This document shows, piece by piece, positions 39,515 through 53,215 of a DNA stretch of 64,000 bases; the stretch's first letter is position 1, and every line of letters begins with the position of its first letter. The notes beneath the pieces are model-generated. The model made no database searches. It was not told the DNA's origin and saw only the letters and a program-made list of their open reading frames with translations. The stretch is from Octopus vulgaris (Eukaryota). The position numbers and the translations under genes are program-made. The stretch is from contig OX597829.1 in the NCBI GenBank assembly GCA_951406725.2, positions 47,988,001 to 48,052,000 on the forward strand. The letters run 5' to 3'.

Positions 39515-40495
39515 GTATACTCATCTTATGCATGTATACTCATGTATACTCATTTGTAGAGGAGTTCCATCACTAGCTGGGGAAGTTAACCGTGACAGAC
39601 AGGTGTCCCCCTTCAGGGTGTTTGAAGAGTATTGTAATCTCAGTCACTTACATGTCATGGAAACCAGATTAAGTTCCAGCTTTATGAGTCCTAGAATTCA
39701 CGAGAGACCGAATTCTAAGTATTTTTGACAGCTACTTTGACAGTTTCTTTCTCTAAGCTTGAAAGTATGGAAAGCAACGCTAATCTTAGCAGGATTTGAA
39801 TTCAGAATGTAGAAGGCTAAAAATTAAATGCCACTAGCCGTTCCATCCAACACACTGACAATAATAATTTATAGGGAAAAGCTATAGATGTCGACATGAA
39901 ATAACATAAAAATACTTCAAACTTGACATAACCATATTTTTTTTTGGTTTATTTATTCGTATATTTATTGCTGTTTCATGTTTTTAAAAATATTAAAAAG
40001 GAAATAGTCTCATTTTTCAGAAACCCAAACAAAGCATCATGGGAAAAAAAATATTACTTTTAGAAAAGAAGAGAAAGAAAATTAGGTTGCCCGTTTTTTT
40101 TTTTGTTTTTTTTTTGTTTTTTTTTTTTGCATATGGATTGTCTTCGTATTATAACATTTTTTTTTTTTTTGGTTCTTCCTTTCCTTTGTTGCTGATGCTG
40201 TTATGCATGTCATTTGAAATATTGATACTAGAGGTTAAATGTTATTTTAACTATTTGTCTCAAGTCAAAACACATTTTAGCATTCACAGCAATTGAAGTT
40301 TCTAATCTATTCCAAATTGAGATAAAGGGCATGAAGTATAACTGTATGCCTATTCTTTTCAAGTCTGTGTCAAATGCAAATTCGGAATGGAATTTGAAAA
40401 GGAAAGAAAAAAAGAAAGAGAAAAAGACACAAATTCAGAGAGGGGGGTGAGGAGAAATAGAGATGTGGAGGGAAAGGGAGAGAAGGGAGAGAAGG

Positions 40496-40581
<86 letters not shown>

Positions 40582-40818
40582 CAGAGAGAAGTTTGGTTCC
40601 CAGGGAAAAAAAACTGGCATAGCAAGATCAACACATGCCATTATTTTACAAGCTGGGCAGATGAGTAAATATGGAAATTCATATGTGTGTGTGCATGCGT
40701 GTGTGTGTGTCTGCATGCGTGTGTGTGCATGCGTGTGTGTGTGTGTGTGTGTGCATGCACAAACACACATATGCAACATACACACATATTCAGTGTGTGC
40801 ATGTGTCCATGCATGAAT

Positions 40819-40892
<74 letters not shown>

Positions 40893-40919
40893 TATACATT
40901 CATGAGTATATTTTTATGC

Positions 40920-40957
<38 letters not shown>

Positions 40958-40995
40958 TACACACATATACATTCATGAGTATATTTCTATGCATG

Positions 40996-41045
<50 letters not shown>

Positions 41046-41635
41046 TATAAGTGTGTGATTGTACAACTGTGTCAGTATGTGCACACACACACACACACAA
41101 AAATATATATATATACAAACTATACAATATACATATTAGTTATATACACTTATGACACAACATACAAATGTGTATTCATTATATTTCCATTTGTAAAACA
41201 ACAACTCATACATGAGTCAACAAGCCAAACTCAAAGTGGTTTCTTCACCTACTGCATAAAAAAAAATAGCAGCTAAATTTTTCTTGAACCAAGACACCAT
41301 CTTAAGAAATGAGGAAGTATACATTAGATAATCTAATGTAGTAATAGGGAAAATACATGTCAATAAAAGATAGAATGGTCAGAGCTGCAAAAACTTTGAT
41401 CAATGCAACTGTTGAGCCACAGTCAAATTTGAGCCAAACATTAACAAAAATATAGTTTGATTCACAACCCATGCGCTCTTGGGCTCAGTCCCACTGCATA
41501 GCACCTTGGGCAAGTGTCTTCTGCCACAGCCCTGGACCAACCAATGTCATATAAGTGGATTTGGTAAAAGGAAACTGAAAGAATCCTATCATATGTATAT
41601 GATGTGTAGTTTGTGCATATTGAATATAAGATATT

Positions 41636-42074
41636 ACGTTTATATATTTGTTTTGCAAGATTCTTGATGTGAAATCGTGTGTTGAAACAGATATTGTTGT
41701 ATTTAGGAATGGTCATGTTGCCAGTTTAGCCAATAAAAACACACATACTATATATTTGGTGTTACTTTGCTTCAGCGTTATCTGTTTTTTTTTACATTAA
41801 TCTTATTTCGGCCAGAGTTCTTTCGTCACACTCCTGTGACTTCATCAGTGGTCCTTTGCTTTCTCCTTTCTTATTTGTGTCTCCCCACACAAATAAGAAA
41901 GAAGAAAGTAAAGGACCACTGATGGGGTCACAGGAGTGTGACGAAAGAACTCTGGCCAAAATAAGATTAAGATTAATGTAAAAAAATAGATAACGCTGAA
42001 GCAAAGTAACACCAAATATATAGTGCGTGTGTTTTTATTGGCTTAACTGGCAACATGACCATTCCTAAATACAA
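41636..42074. mobile_element. Penelope-type fold-back insertion with two opposed hammerhead motifs
   Basis: ~190-bp inverted arms (41691-41880 / 41887-42080), 6-nt spacer, flanking repeat gaatat(a/t)agatatt at 41622-35 and 42075-88. Confidence 0.75.
41810..41854 (-). ncRNA. Type-I hammerhead ribozyme motif
   Basis: Reverse complement GGACCA-CTGATGA-A-GTCAC-AGGAGT-GTGAC-GAAA-GAA-CTC-TGGCC; the mirror copy at 41913-41957 (+) has the core mutated to CTGATGG. Confidence 0.7.
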
Positions 42075-42401
42075 GAATATTAGATATTTCTCAACATATG
42101 AAATTATCATTAACACTTAAAGACATATATTGTGTCCTTTAAATAAAAAATATATATAGTTTACTAAAATGAACTGATAAGCCCACATACAACATCCAAA
42201 GGTACATCTTTTTGCCTCTGATGAATTTATACTCATGTCACATAAAGGTAAATTTAACATACAAATTTGTAATTAAATCATAGAGTATTAATTGAAACGG
42301 CTACAAGAAGCAAAGATGACCAATTTATTGTTGATAATAAACGATTATTAACTTCCTAATCTCTGTTTTCTTTTCTTTTAAATGGATAATATATATATAT
42401 T

Positions 42402-42815
42402 AGGAGTGGCTGTGTGGTAAGTAGCTTGCTAACCAACCACATGGTTCCGGGTTCAGTCCCACTGCGTGGCACCTTGTGTAAGTGTCTTCTGCTATAGCCC
42501 CGGGCCGACCAATGCCTTGTGAGTGGATTTGGTAGATGGAAACTGAAAGAAGCCTGTCGTATATATGTATATATATATATATATAAGTGTGTGTGTGTAT
42601 ATGTTTGTATGTCTGTGTTTGTCCCCCCAGCATTGCTTGACAACCGATGGTGGTGTGTTTACGTCCCCGTCACTTAGTGGTTCGGCAAAAGAGACCGATA
42701 GAATAAGTACTGGGCTTACAAAGAATAAGTCCCAGGGTCGATTTGCTCGACTAAAGGCGGTGCTCCAGCATGGCCGCAGTCAAATGACTGAAACAAGTAA
42801 AAGAGTAAAGAGAGT
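42402..42815 (+). mobile_element. Full-length CORE-type tRNA-SINE
   Basis: A/B-box head, CORE-like segment, internal (TA)/(TG) tract, tail ending (AAAAGAGT)n. Confidence 0.88.
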
Positions 42816-43637
42816 ATATATATATATATATATTTATATTTTTTATCCATATATATATATATATATATATACATATTTTTTATGAGCCCTTTTCAAGCCT
42901 AGCCAGGCTCATGGGCCTGGTTTCCCTGTTTCTGTGGCATATGTGTTATAACCACTAAGCCACACCTACTCCCCACACACACATGTATGTATGTGCGTGT
43001 GCATGTGCGTGTGTATGTGCGTGTGCATGTGCGTGTGTATGTGCATGTGCGTGTATGTGTGTATGTGTGTATTGTATGTATTGCATGTATGTATGCATGC
43101 ATGTTATGCATAGTATGTATGTATTGTATGTATGTATGTATGAATGTGTGTGTACCTCTGACTTGGCATCACATAATAGTTGTAAACAAGCTTCACCATC
43201 AGGGAAGTGGTGTTGTTTCCAATCTTCCATGGAACCAGGTGAGAGTAGACAAAAGGAAGGACATCTAGCCATGGGAAATCTGGCCATGGGAAATCTGCCT
43301 CAACCAAGTCCATCTGACCCATGAATGTATGGATAAGTGGACATTAAAATGATCATACACACACACACATATATATATATATTCATACATACATACATAA
43401 CCAACATCCTCTCATATCTGTTTTCCATACTGGTAAGGATAGGACAGTTTGACAGAGAACTGGCAAACTGCAGGATTGCCTCAAGTTCCACTCCCAACTT
43501 TAGCATGGTTTCTGTGGCTGAATGCCCTTCCTAATGTCAGCCACTTTATAGAGTGTACTAGGTGCTTTTATTCACGCCACCAGCACAAGTGCTTTTTATA
43601 TGACACCAGCATGGGTGTGTTTTACACACACACACAA

Positions 43638-44073
43638 GGCGGCAACCTGGCAGAAACGTTAGCATGCCAGGCGAAATGCTCAGTGGTATTTCGTCTGTCG
43701 TTACGTTATGAGTTCAAGTTCTGCCGAGGTCTACTTTGCCTTTCATCCTTTCGGGGTCGATAAATTAAGTACCAGTTACGCACTGGGGTTGATGTAATCG
43801 ACTTAATACCTATGTCTGTCCTTGTTTGTCCCCTCTGTGTTTAGCCCCTCTGTGTTTAGCCCCTTGTGGGTAATAAAGAAATAGAAATAGGTATTTCGTT
43901 TGTCATTACGTTCTGAGTTCAAATTCCGCCGAGGTCGACTTTGCCTTTCACCCTTTCGGGGTCGATAAATAAAGTACCAGTTTCGCACTGGGGTCGATGT
44001 AATCGACTTAATCCCTTTGTCTGTTCTTGTTTGTCCCCCTCTATGTTTAGCCCCTTGTGGGCAGTAAAGAAAT

Positions 44074-44075
<2 letters not shown>
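43638..44075 (+). mobile_element. Meta-like SINE dimer
   Basis: Full head, internal junction GAAATA|GGTATTTC at about 43890. Confidence 0.85.
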
Positions 44076-44113
<38 letters not shown>

Positions 44114-45603
44114 TTAAAATGCACCTCATCCAGAATTCTCATGAATTTGACCAAGTGAACTGCCTAACTCGAAATGTCTGAATATCCCTCAGGCACATAA
44201 TATCCCCTTAGCAGAATTCTCTAGCAGAATTACCAGGCAACAGCGTGACCCAAGAATTACAGGAACAATCCACACAGTTTCCATCTACGCACTTTCACTC
44301 ACATGGCATAGATTGACATGTGTAGTAGTGGCGCGCGCACACATTATTAGCCATTTGAAAAGACTATGAAAGTCTCGACCACGGTCGAACAATGATGATG
44401 ATGATAGATTGACTCAAGGCTGAAGACAAGTGTTTCTTAACCAGAATCCACATGATCCTTGTGGGATCGTTTAAGATTTTGTCATTAAAATTTATATGTA
44501 ACTGGTTATATTTCTACAAAACACAAAATATCGAGTAGCCCATCCTGCTCAAAAGAGCCCCTTAAGTTTTGTTTCTGGATGATGAACAAAACACTGTTTC
44601 CAAAGGTGAATTATCCAAACCCCAAAGAATCCCTCTCAACACATGGCTATGATGCTCCTCCACTACTTCTGCTTGTGATCAAAGATACACAAACTGTCAG
44701 CTACCAAGGGACATACTCAACTGAATAAGGTCAAACAAGTGACAAGCAAATCTGGTATTGAGCAGAATTTTTGCTGTGGCCCATCTTTTATACCAAGACA
44801 AAGCAATGTACAAATTGGTACTTCCAATTAGTTATTGTATTATTATTATTACCACTATTATTATTATTATTATTATTATTATTCTGACAGCAGCAAGCTG
44901 GCAGAATTGTATACGGAGACAAAATGCTTAGCAACATTTCTTCCGACTCTTTACATTCTGAGTTCAATTCCCACTGAGGTCAGCTTTGCCTTTCATTTTT
45001 AAGGGTCAATAAAGTAAAATGAATACTGGGATCAATGATATCAATTAGATATCAATTAACATCAATGGAAAAACCCAGTGAAATCTGTGAAAACAGTCAG
45101 TATATCTATTGGTAATCCGGATGGAGTACTGGTATGTAGATGAAGATATCCAAGTAAGAAGTTCTGTCAGGACCAAAGTGGGGTGACCATGTGAGTGTAT
45201 AATGTATAGTTGGAATTTATAGAAAAACAAAAAAACGCAGACAGGTGTATGAATAACAAGCAAGTGTATACGTTTGATGCTCAGGGGAAAATGAAAAAAG
45301 CCTTTTATGTTTTGAGCTTATGCTCTGCAACAGAAAGGAATAAGAGAAAATAAACAGAGAGAGAATAAAAAAACTTGTAGATTTCAGTGGTCCAGCATAG
45401 GAAATGATTGGAAAAGAAGATGTTATCCCAGTTTGATCCTGACCAGACTTCCTACTCTTTGGAGTTGCATATCTGTACCACTTCCCAAACTTTCAGTAAC
45501 TCTCTTCATCTACATACCAGCACTCCACCTGGATTACCACTGGATCTACTGACTGCTTTCACGGATTTTCTTCATATATATATATATATATACATATATA
45601 TAC

Positions 45604-46920
45604 ATCATCATCATCATCATCGTTTAACGTCCGCTTTCCATGCTAGCATGGGTTGGACGGTTCAACTGGGGTCTGGGAAGCCCGAAGGCTGCACCAGGCC
45701 AGTCAGATGTGGCAGTGTTTCTACAGCTGGATGCCCTTCCTAACGCCAACCACTCCGAGAGTGTAGTGGGTGATTTTATGTGCCACCGACACAGGTGCCA
45801 GACGAGGCTGGCAGACGGCCATGCTCGGATGGTGTTTTTTATGTGCCACCGACACAGGTGCCAGACGAGGCTGGCAGACGGCCACGCTCGGATGGTGTTT
45901 TCTTATGTGTCACCGACACAGGTGCCAGACGAGGCTGGCGGACGGCCACGCTCGGATGGTGTTTGTTACGTGCCCTCAGCACGGAGGCCAGTCATTGCGG
46001 TACTGGCTACGGTCACGTTCGGATGGTTTTCTTATGTGCCACCGGCACTGGTACCACAAGGATACAAATTCCATTGATGTTCATCTATTTTGATTTGGTT
46101 CGATTTGATTCGATATGATTCGATTCTCACTTGCCTCAACAGGTCTTCACAAGTGTCACAAGAAGGAAGGTATGCACAGGTGGACTGACTACGTCCCAGG
46201 TAGGGGCCACGGATTATGGCTTCACTAGTCTTGCCGGGTCTTCTCACGCACAGCATACTTCCATAGGTCTCGGTCTCTAGTCATTTCCATGGTGAGACCT
46301 AACGTCCGAAGGTCGTGCTTCACCACCTCGTCCCAGGTTTTCCTGGGTCTACCTCTTCCACGGGTTCCCTCAACTGCTAGGGATTGGCACTTTCTCACAC
46401 ACCTATCTTCATCCATTCTCGCCACATGACCATACCAGCGCAATCGTCTCTCTTGCACACAACAACTGATGCTTCTTAGGTACAACATTTCTCTCAAGGT
46501 ACTAACGCTCTGTCGAGTAAGTACACTGACATTACACATCCATCGGAGCATACTGGCTTCGTTCCTCACGAGCTTACGCATGTCCTCAGCAGTCACGGCC
46601 CATGTTTCACTGCCATGTAGCATAGCTGTTCGTACACATGCATCATACAGTCTGCCTTTTACTCTGAGCGAGAGGCCTTTTAGTCACCAGCAGAGGTAAG
46701 AGCTCCCTAAACTTTGCCCAGGCTATTCTTATTCTAGCAGTTACACTTTCAGCGCACCCACCCCCACTACTGACTTGGTCACCTAGATAGCGGAAGCTAT
46801 CAACTACTTCTAGTTTTTCCCCCGGAAAGTGACAGAAGTTGTTTTCTGCAGATTTTCGGAGGTCAATGCTCCAGAGCACCTGCCACATACAAAAACTATC
46901 TTCCCAGTTAGCCTACCTTT
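45604..46920 (-). mobile_element. 5'-truncated RTE LINE related to the 31-kb element
   Basis: Frameshifted EKLEVVDSFRYLGDQVSSGGGC...MLHGSETWAVTAEDMR...RGRGRPRKTWDEVVKHDLR, long 3'UTR, (GAT)n tail. Confidence 0.93.
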
Positions 46921-47226
46921 TATGTATATATATACATATATACATATACATACACACATATATACATACATATATATATATACAGAGAGAGAGAGAGTTG
47001 AAAAACAATTAGTTCTAAATCTGAATGAGAAATAGCAGCAACATTCGTCCTAACCAGGACTGCCACTTTATGTTGGCAAATAAACTTTGCTCTATATAGT
47101 TGAAATTTATAGAAAAACAAAAGACAAAGACAGGTGTATGAAAAAGAAGCAGGTGTATGAAAAAGAAGCAGGTGTATGAAAAAGAAGCAGGTGTATTAGT
47201 ATGACGCTCTGAGAAAAATGAAAAAG

Positions 47227-47264
47227 CCTTTGATGTTTCAAGCATATGCTCTTCAACAGAAAGG
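47227..47264 (-). ncRNA. Variant hammerhead-like motif (CUGUNGA family)
   Basis: Reverse complement CCTTT-CTGTTGA-A-GAGC-ATAT-GCTT-GAAA-C-ATC-AAAGG; a more decayed copy lies at 45301-45338. Confidence 0.6.
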
Positions 47265-48637
47265 AACAAAAGAAAATAAACAGAGAGAGAGTGAAAAAAA
47301 AACTTGTAGATTTAGCAATCAAGCATGTTCTCATCCTCCTCTTAAAATTACTGATCTTGTGCTAAAATTTGAAAGAATTATTATTTTGTTATTTGTCACC
47401 CCTTCTCTACCCGTCACTACCTACTTTTTCCCCAAGCTTCCCCCCAACTCATATTTTTTTAACACTACTCTACCATTCACCCCTCAATTTTACCCAGTCT
47501 CAACTCCTCATCTGCTCTCCTACACCTTTCCACACACCCTTCCTGTTCTTCTCCCAGGGCTCACCCAACACCTTGTCATCCCCACATTTATCTCACTTTC
47601 CAGCTCCACCCCTATTACTCCTACTACACCCCTTAAAAATCCAAGCTACCATGTAACTTCCCTTCAGCAAGAAAACATTTCTGGCCCTTCCTTCACATTT
47701 CATCACCTTACATAAACCTACTTCCCTCTCTATTATAGTATCACTCAGTCAAAGGGTATCTTAGTCTTGTGAGATACACGGCAACCTCACTAATGCTGGT
47801 GCCACAGAAAAAAGCATGCGGGGTACTCTGTAAAGTGATTGGTTTTAGAAAGGGCATCTAGTTGCAAAAACCATACCCAAAGCAGGCATTGGAGCTACTA
47901 GATCCTGTCAAACTATCCAACCCATACCAGCATAGAAGATAGGCACTAAATGATGATGATATATATTCATGCATGTGTGTGTGTGAATGAATAATACATA
48001 CACACATGCACGTCTGTGTGTGCTCATTGATGTATATTATATATATTATATATACAATTCTTTGCTAAGTATGGTATGAATGAGTAGCAATTACATGTTT
48101 TAAAATGTAAGCATAAGTAATCGTTTGTGCATACACGCACACTCATGCGCACACACACAGTTTTTAACTAGTAACAAACATACTTTATACAACTGATTAG
48201 TTATGGTAGAACCTCTTACGTAAGTACTACATTGTAAGCATTGTTCAATAGCACCAAATTAACTCCAATTGAACAGTTTTTATGATTAAAGATCTACTTC
48301 TGTGACAATCCCATCACATGGCATGCACACACACACACCAAAGTAATGCAACTCAATCAAAGAGAAGAAGCTTTAGAATACCTCACCCATATCTGATATG
48401 ACATTGCAGCAACACAAAAAAAAAAAAAAAAACATTCTAGACTACGTCCAGTCGAAAGCCATTGAACTTGTTGGCAAAAAACTTATCGACCAGCTTCTAT
48501 GTATGAAAGCATGATAATCCAGCATGCATCTGCTCCTGAATCTGTTGGTCATAGGTGACCCTAGTTTCTGCATCTGTAGGTAGCTTATGGCAAGCTGAAA
48601 TAACTGCAATCCCTTACACAATTTATATAATCTGGCT

Positions 48638-48870
48638 GTTGTGTCTGGAGAGAGTCATTTTCTTTCTGTGCCTTATAATGTAACACACTCACCGGTAAAA
48701 TTTCCACTTATTTCTTATTTTTATTTTCCTAAAATTTTTGTTTGGAAATTTTACCAGTGAGTGAATTAAATTATAAGGCACAAACAGAAAATGACTCTCC
48801 CCAGATACAACAGAATATGCTTCAACACGCGAACTCATAAAGAATCTTGCAAACCAAATCCAAAAACGAA
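48638..48870. mobile_element. Short insertion with inverted end and 13-bp target duplication
   Basis: Arms 48636-48706 / 48743-48813; ATATAATCTGGCT at 48625-37 and 48871-83; its tail resembles the reverse complement of 41637-41695. Confidence 0.7.
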
Positions 48871-49258
48871 ATATAATCTGGCTTATTTTTCCAGATTGCC
48901 AATGTCCTGGTGATTAGTGTATGTAATCACACATTAATCATACAATACACTAATACAAAGGAATAGATTCTTTTGTAAAACCATCTCAGAAATCTCCTAT
49001 AGAAGACAGGTATGATGCCTATGTATGAACAGCTAAGCTACATGGCAGTGAGACATGGGTTGTGATTACTGAGGATATGCGAAGGCTTGAAAGAAATGAA
49101 TGCTGGATGGGAGCATATATGTCAGAGTGTAAATGACTTAAGAGAAAAACTGGGAATATGAGGCATCAGATGTTTAGTGCAAGAGAGAAGGCTATACTGG
49201 TATGGTCATGTAATGTGTATGAATGAAGATAGTTGCATCAAGAGGTGCTGATCTTTAA

Positions 49259-49479
49259 CCCTTTCGTTACTGTATTTCTGTTGGGATGCTCTGTGTTTCT
49301 TTCAATTATTTTGAATATAACAAAGAATTTAGTAAAATAACTTAGTTATCATTAAGCTAGTGTTAGGAACATAAATTGCGACTAAGGTTTGGTGGAAGGT
49401 TTTAATTCAAAACTTATGAAAACAAGACATTTTTACTACAGAGCCAGAGCCAGTTTCAGCCTGGTTGGTAACGAAAGGG
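49259..49479. mobile_element. piggyBac-type MITE inserted in an old RTE relic
   Basis: TTAA on both sides (49255-58, 49480-83), perfect 12-bp TIR CCCTTTCGTTAC; the flanks rejoin into RTE C-terminal coding sequence (about 49000-49600). Confidence 0.88.
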
Positions 49480-51034
49480 TTAATTGTGGAAGGAACATGT
49501 GGAAGGAGTAGACCCAGAAAGACATGGAATGAAGTGGTGAGAAAGGATCTACAGACATGGGGACTCACAGAGGGGACGACAGGGTCAGAGACACCTAGCG
49601 GTTGACTGAGCTTGAAAAGACATTTCAAGCTAAGTAAATGTTTGGTTGTCCTTGCATACATGGTTGTCCCCTGGAACCCTCTCCAACTGATCATTCCTAA
49701 TATTGTGAGCTTGTAGGTGGTGGTGCCACATGAAAAGCATCCATACTAGTGCCATGTAAATATATCCATACCAGTGTTGCATAAAAACACCCAGCACACT
49801 CTGTAAAGTGGTTGATGTTAGGAAGAGCTATTAATGACTTGTAGGGGCTCATGTCTAGAAACTTGTTAGGAAGAGCTATTAATGACTCGTAGGGACTTCT
49901 TGTGCCTAGAAATTGAGGTTGGGGGTAAGCAAGGGTATGCTCCCCTTAGGAAATCCAACTCAAAAAAGCCTCATAATAGCAAAGGAGATAAGGCACCAGC
50001 CAGCACAAAGGTTGGGGTGGGCTGCACCTGCCTACCTCAGTTGCTATGGCATTGAATTAGATCCGGACAAAACCCGGATTTAAAACACAGGATGATGATG
50101 AGGGACCTGGTATTTCGTTATGCAAACATAATATACTATAAGGTATATTAAAGATTTTTTTTATAAATCAATTCTGATTCTACTGTGTTAGCAGTGCACT
50201 TTACACCACTTTTTATGACCAGCAATGGTTTTTGTTATGATGTTTAGTATCCGAGGATACGAAATGTCGTAACAAGAATTAGTGATGGCTATAATTTCCA
50301 TAGAATATCTGTAGAGATAACCTTAACAAGTTAAGAAGAGTATCCAGCCATAGAAACCATGCTAAAACAGACATGGAGCCTGAGTTCTTCAGCCGGTTTG
50401 TTCCTGTTAAGCTGTCTAACTCATGCCAGCATGGGAAACAAACTGATGATGATGATGGTGGTGGTGGTGGTGGTGATGATGGTGGTGGTAGTGATAGTGG
50501 TGGTGGTGGTGATGATGGAGGTGATGGTGATGGAGGTGGTGAAGGAGGTGATGGTGATGGTGGAGGTGGTGAAGGAGGTGATGGTGATGGTGGTGGTGGT
50601 GATGATGATGATGGTGGTGGTGATGATGATGATGCTAACTAAACCTGCAAGGTTGAAGCTGAAACGTCAATGATGCAAATGGCTACAAACAGATGTGTAC
50701 TCTTTTCTCTCGACTATTTCTCCCGCTGCTATGATAGTTTTTGCTCATGGAAGTTACCTAGACGCCTGCAAACATTGACTCAATACACCCATCTCACTTC
50801 CTCTTCCTGCTTTTGCCGCCCAATCTGTCTCCCCTAACACTCCCCCTGCCATGTCTCACTCTAACAGTTAGTCACTATATCTAATCCTTCTTTCCCACCT
50901 GTAAACATCAAGGATTAGTAATTCGTTGTTCAGCCATGCTTTACACACTGCAGACATTGACTTGTAGTTGTTTAACATGAAACATCAACTGCATCAGTTC
51001 ATCCGGTCTTGGTGAGCCTGTAATAGGTGATAGG

Positions 51035-51449
51035 CAGGGCTGGGTTAAGACCCATCAAGGCCCTAAGCACTTAAAAGATTTTGGTGCCCTTATAAAATAT
51101 TATGTAATTCAAAATATAAACAAATAACAAACCATAAAATGAATTTTTATTTTTCAAAACGAAACAAAACAGTAAAAGAGGGAAAATAATGTTTATTTTT
51201 GTCTCCTTCCACTTTATTTATATTTGAAAAGTTTCCTCCTACTTTTTTGAATTGCAAAGTCTTTGGTCAGATCCTAAAAATTAATCTGCATCTATACTTA
51301 GTAGAGATAAAGGCATCTCAAATATTATTTTAGCAAGTTTAAAGTGATTTCTTTTGTGCCATAAACCATTTACCATTTCTGTGGTGCCCCCTCTTTCCCT
51401 TGAGGCCCGAAGCACATGCTTATTTTGCTTAATGGTTAATCCAGGGCTG
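51035..51449. mobile_element. hAT-like MITE
   Basis: Imperfect TIRs CAGGGCTGGGTTAA / TTAATCCAGGGCTG; 8-bp duplication GTGATAGG / GTCATAGG. Confidence 0.7.
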
Positions 51450-51617
51450 GTCATAGGTGCAGCCCCTTTTGTTTGACTAAAAACATAAAATATATGTGAA
51501 GATTGAAGCAGACCATCACATGCGTACAAGCACAGAGATAAGACAGACCACATAGATAAAGAGACAGGTTTACATTGCTGTTGGTAAAAAAAAAAACATA
51601 GATAATGACAAGCTGAT

Positions 51618-52010
51618 GTATAATAATAATAATAATAATGAAATTATTGTATACAGTGCTCAGGTGCACCACAACTTGTCAGAAAGTGCATATAAAGTAC
51701 ATGCAGTAATGTACAAATGTCTGGAAAGCGAACAATGTATGAGGCAGATACATGCTTGCGTGTGTATGGAGGGGAGAAAATCAAGTGTAGTGTTGGCGAA
51801 TCTCAGGAAGCATGGAAGTTTTGAAGGATGCAGTGCTCCGACAACTAACAACTGATGCCGGAAGTTTGTTCCATGCTTCAGCAACTCTCAGTGTGAAAAA
51901 ATGTTTCCTGAAGTCATGGGAGCTGTGCTGTTTTCTGACTTTGTAAATATGTCCACAGGTGTTAGATGGGTGGAGTTTGAAGAGGAAATATGTCCACGGG
52001 TGTTAGTTAA
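51618..52010 (-). mobile_element. CR1/L2-type LINE 3' fragment
   Basis: Minus-strand translation FRKHFFTLRVAEAWNKLPASVV and (TTA)n tail. Confidence 0.75.
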
Positions 52011-52551
52011 ACTCAGAGAGAAGGAAGAGGTATAGAAAAGCACACGGACACATACAGAGACTATTTGAGAAAGGGTAGAAACACACATTAGACAATCAAC
52101 AACTATCTTTATATATATATATATTGTGTGTAAGGCAGCGACTGTCTTATACATTGAGAAAGAAAAACTAGAAAATACTTGTTGTGGTAATGAAATAAAA
52201 ACAATTCAGAAAAGAATGTCAACAACCAATACTGTAGAATCAACATTTTGATAACATTATGAGGACTAATGGGAATAATTAGTTCACTACATCAACTGTA
52301 CTTTAAGGAAAGACTGATTCAAATATAGAGATAGTCTTCATTTTAAACTTAATTCCTTACCCGGCAATGATGAGTTAACTTATCTTCACCCAATTTGTCT
52401 TTGTGCGATGACAAAACTCGTCCAAAACATAATTTCAAAAACAGCCACAGATGAGTTTAAACGTCAATTCTCGGCTTTTCTCGACTTTTATCTGTCTTTT
52501 TTTTTTTACAAATTTGGTTATGAAAATTGAAAAAAAAAAAAAAATATATAA

Positions 52552-53215
<664 letters not shown>

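Noticed and set aside
52349-52500. Possible minus-strand splice donor after ATTGCCGG
   Set aside because: The upstream frame is not AMDHD2-like; the sequence looks more like a TTAA-flanked transposon end
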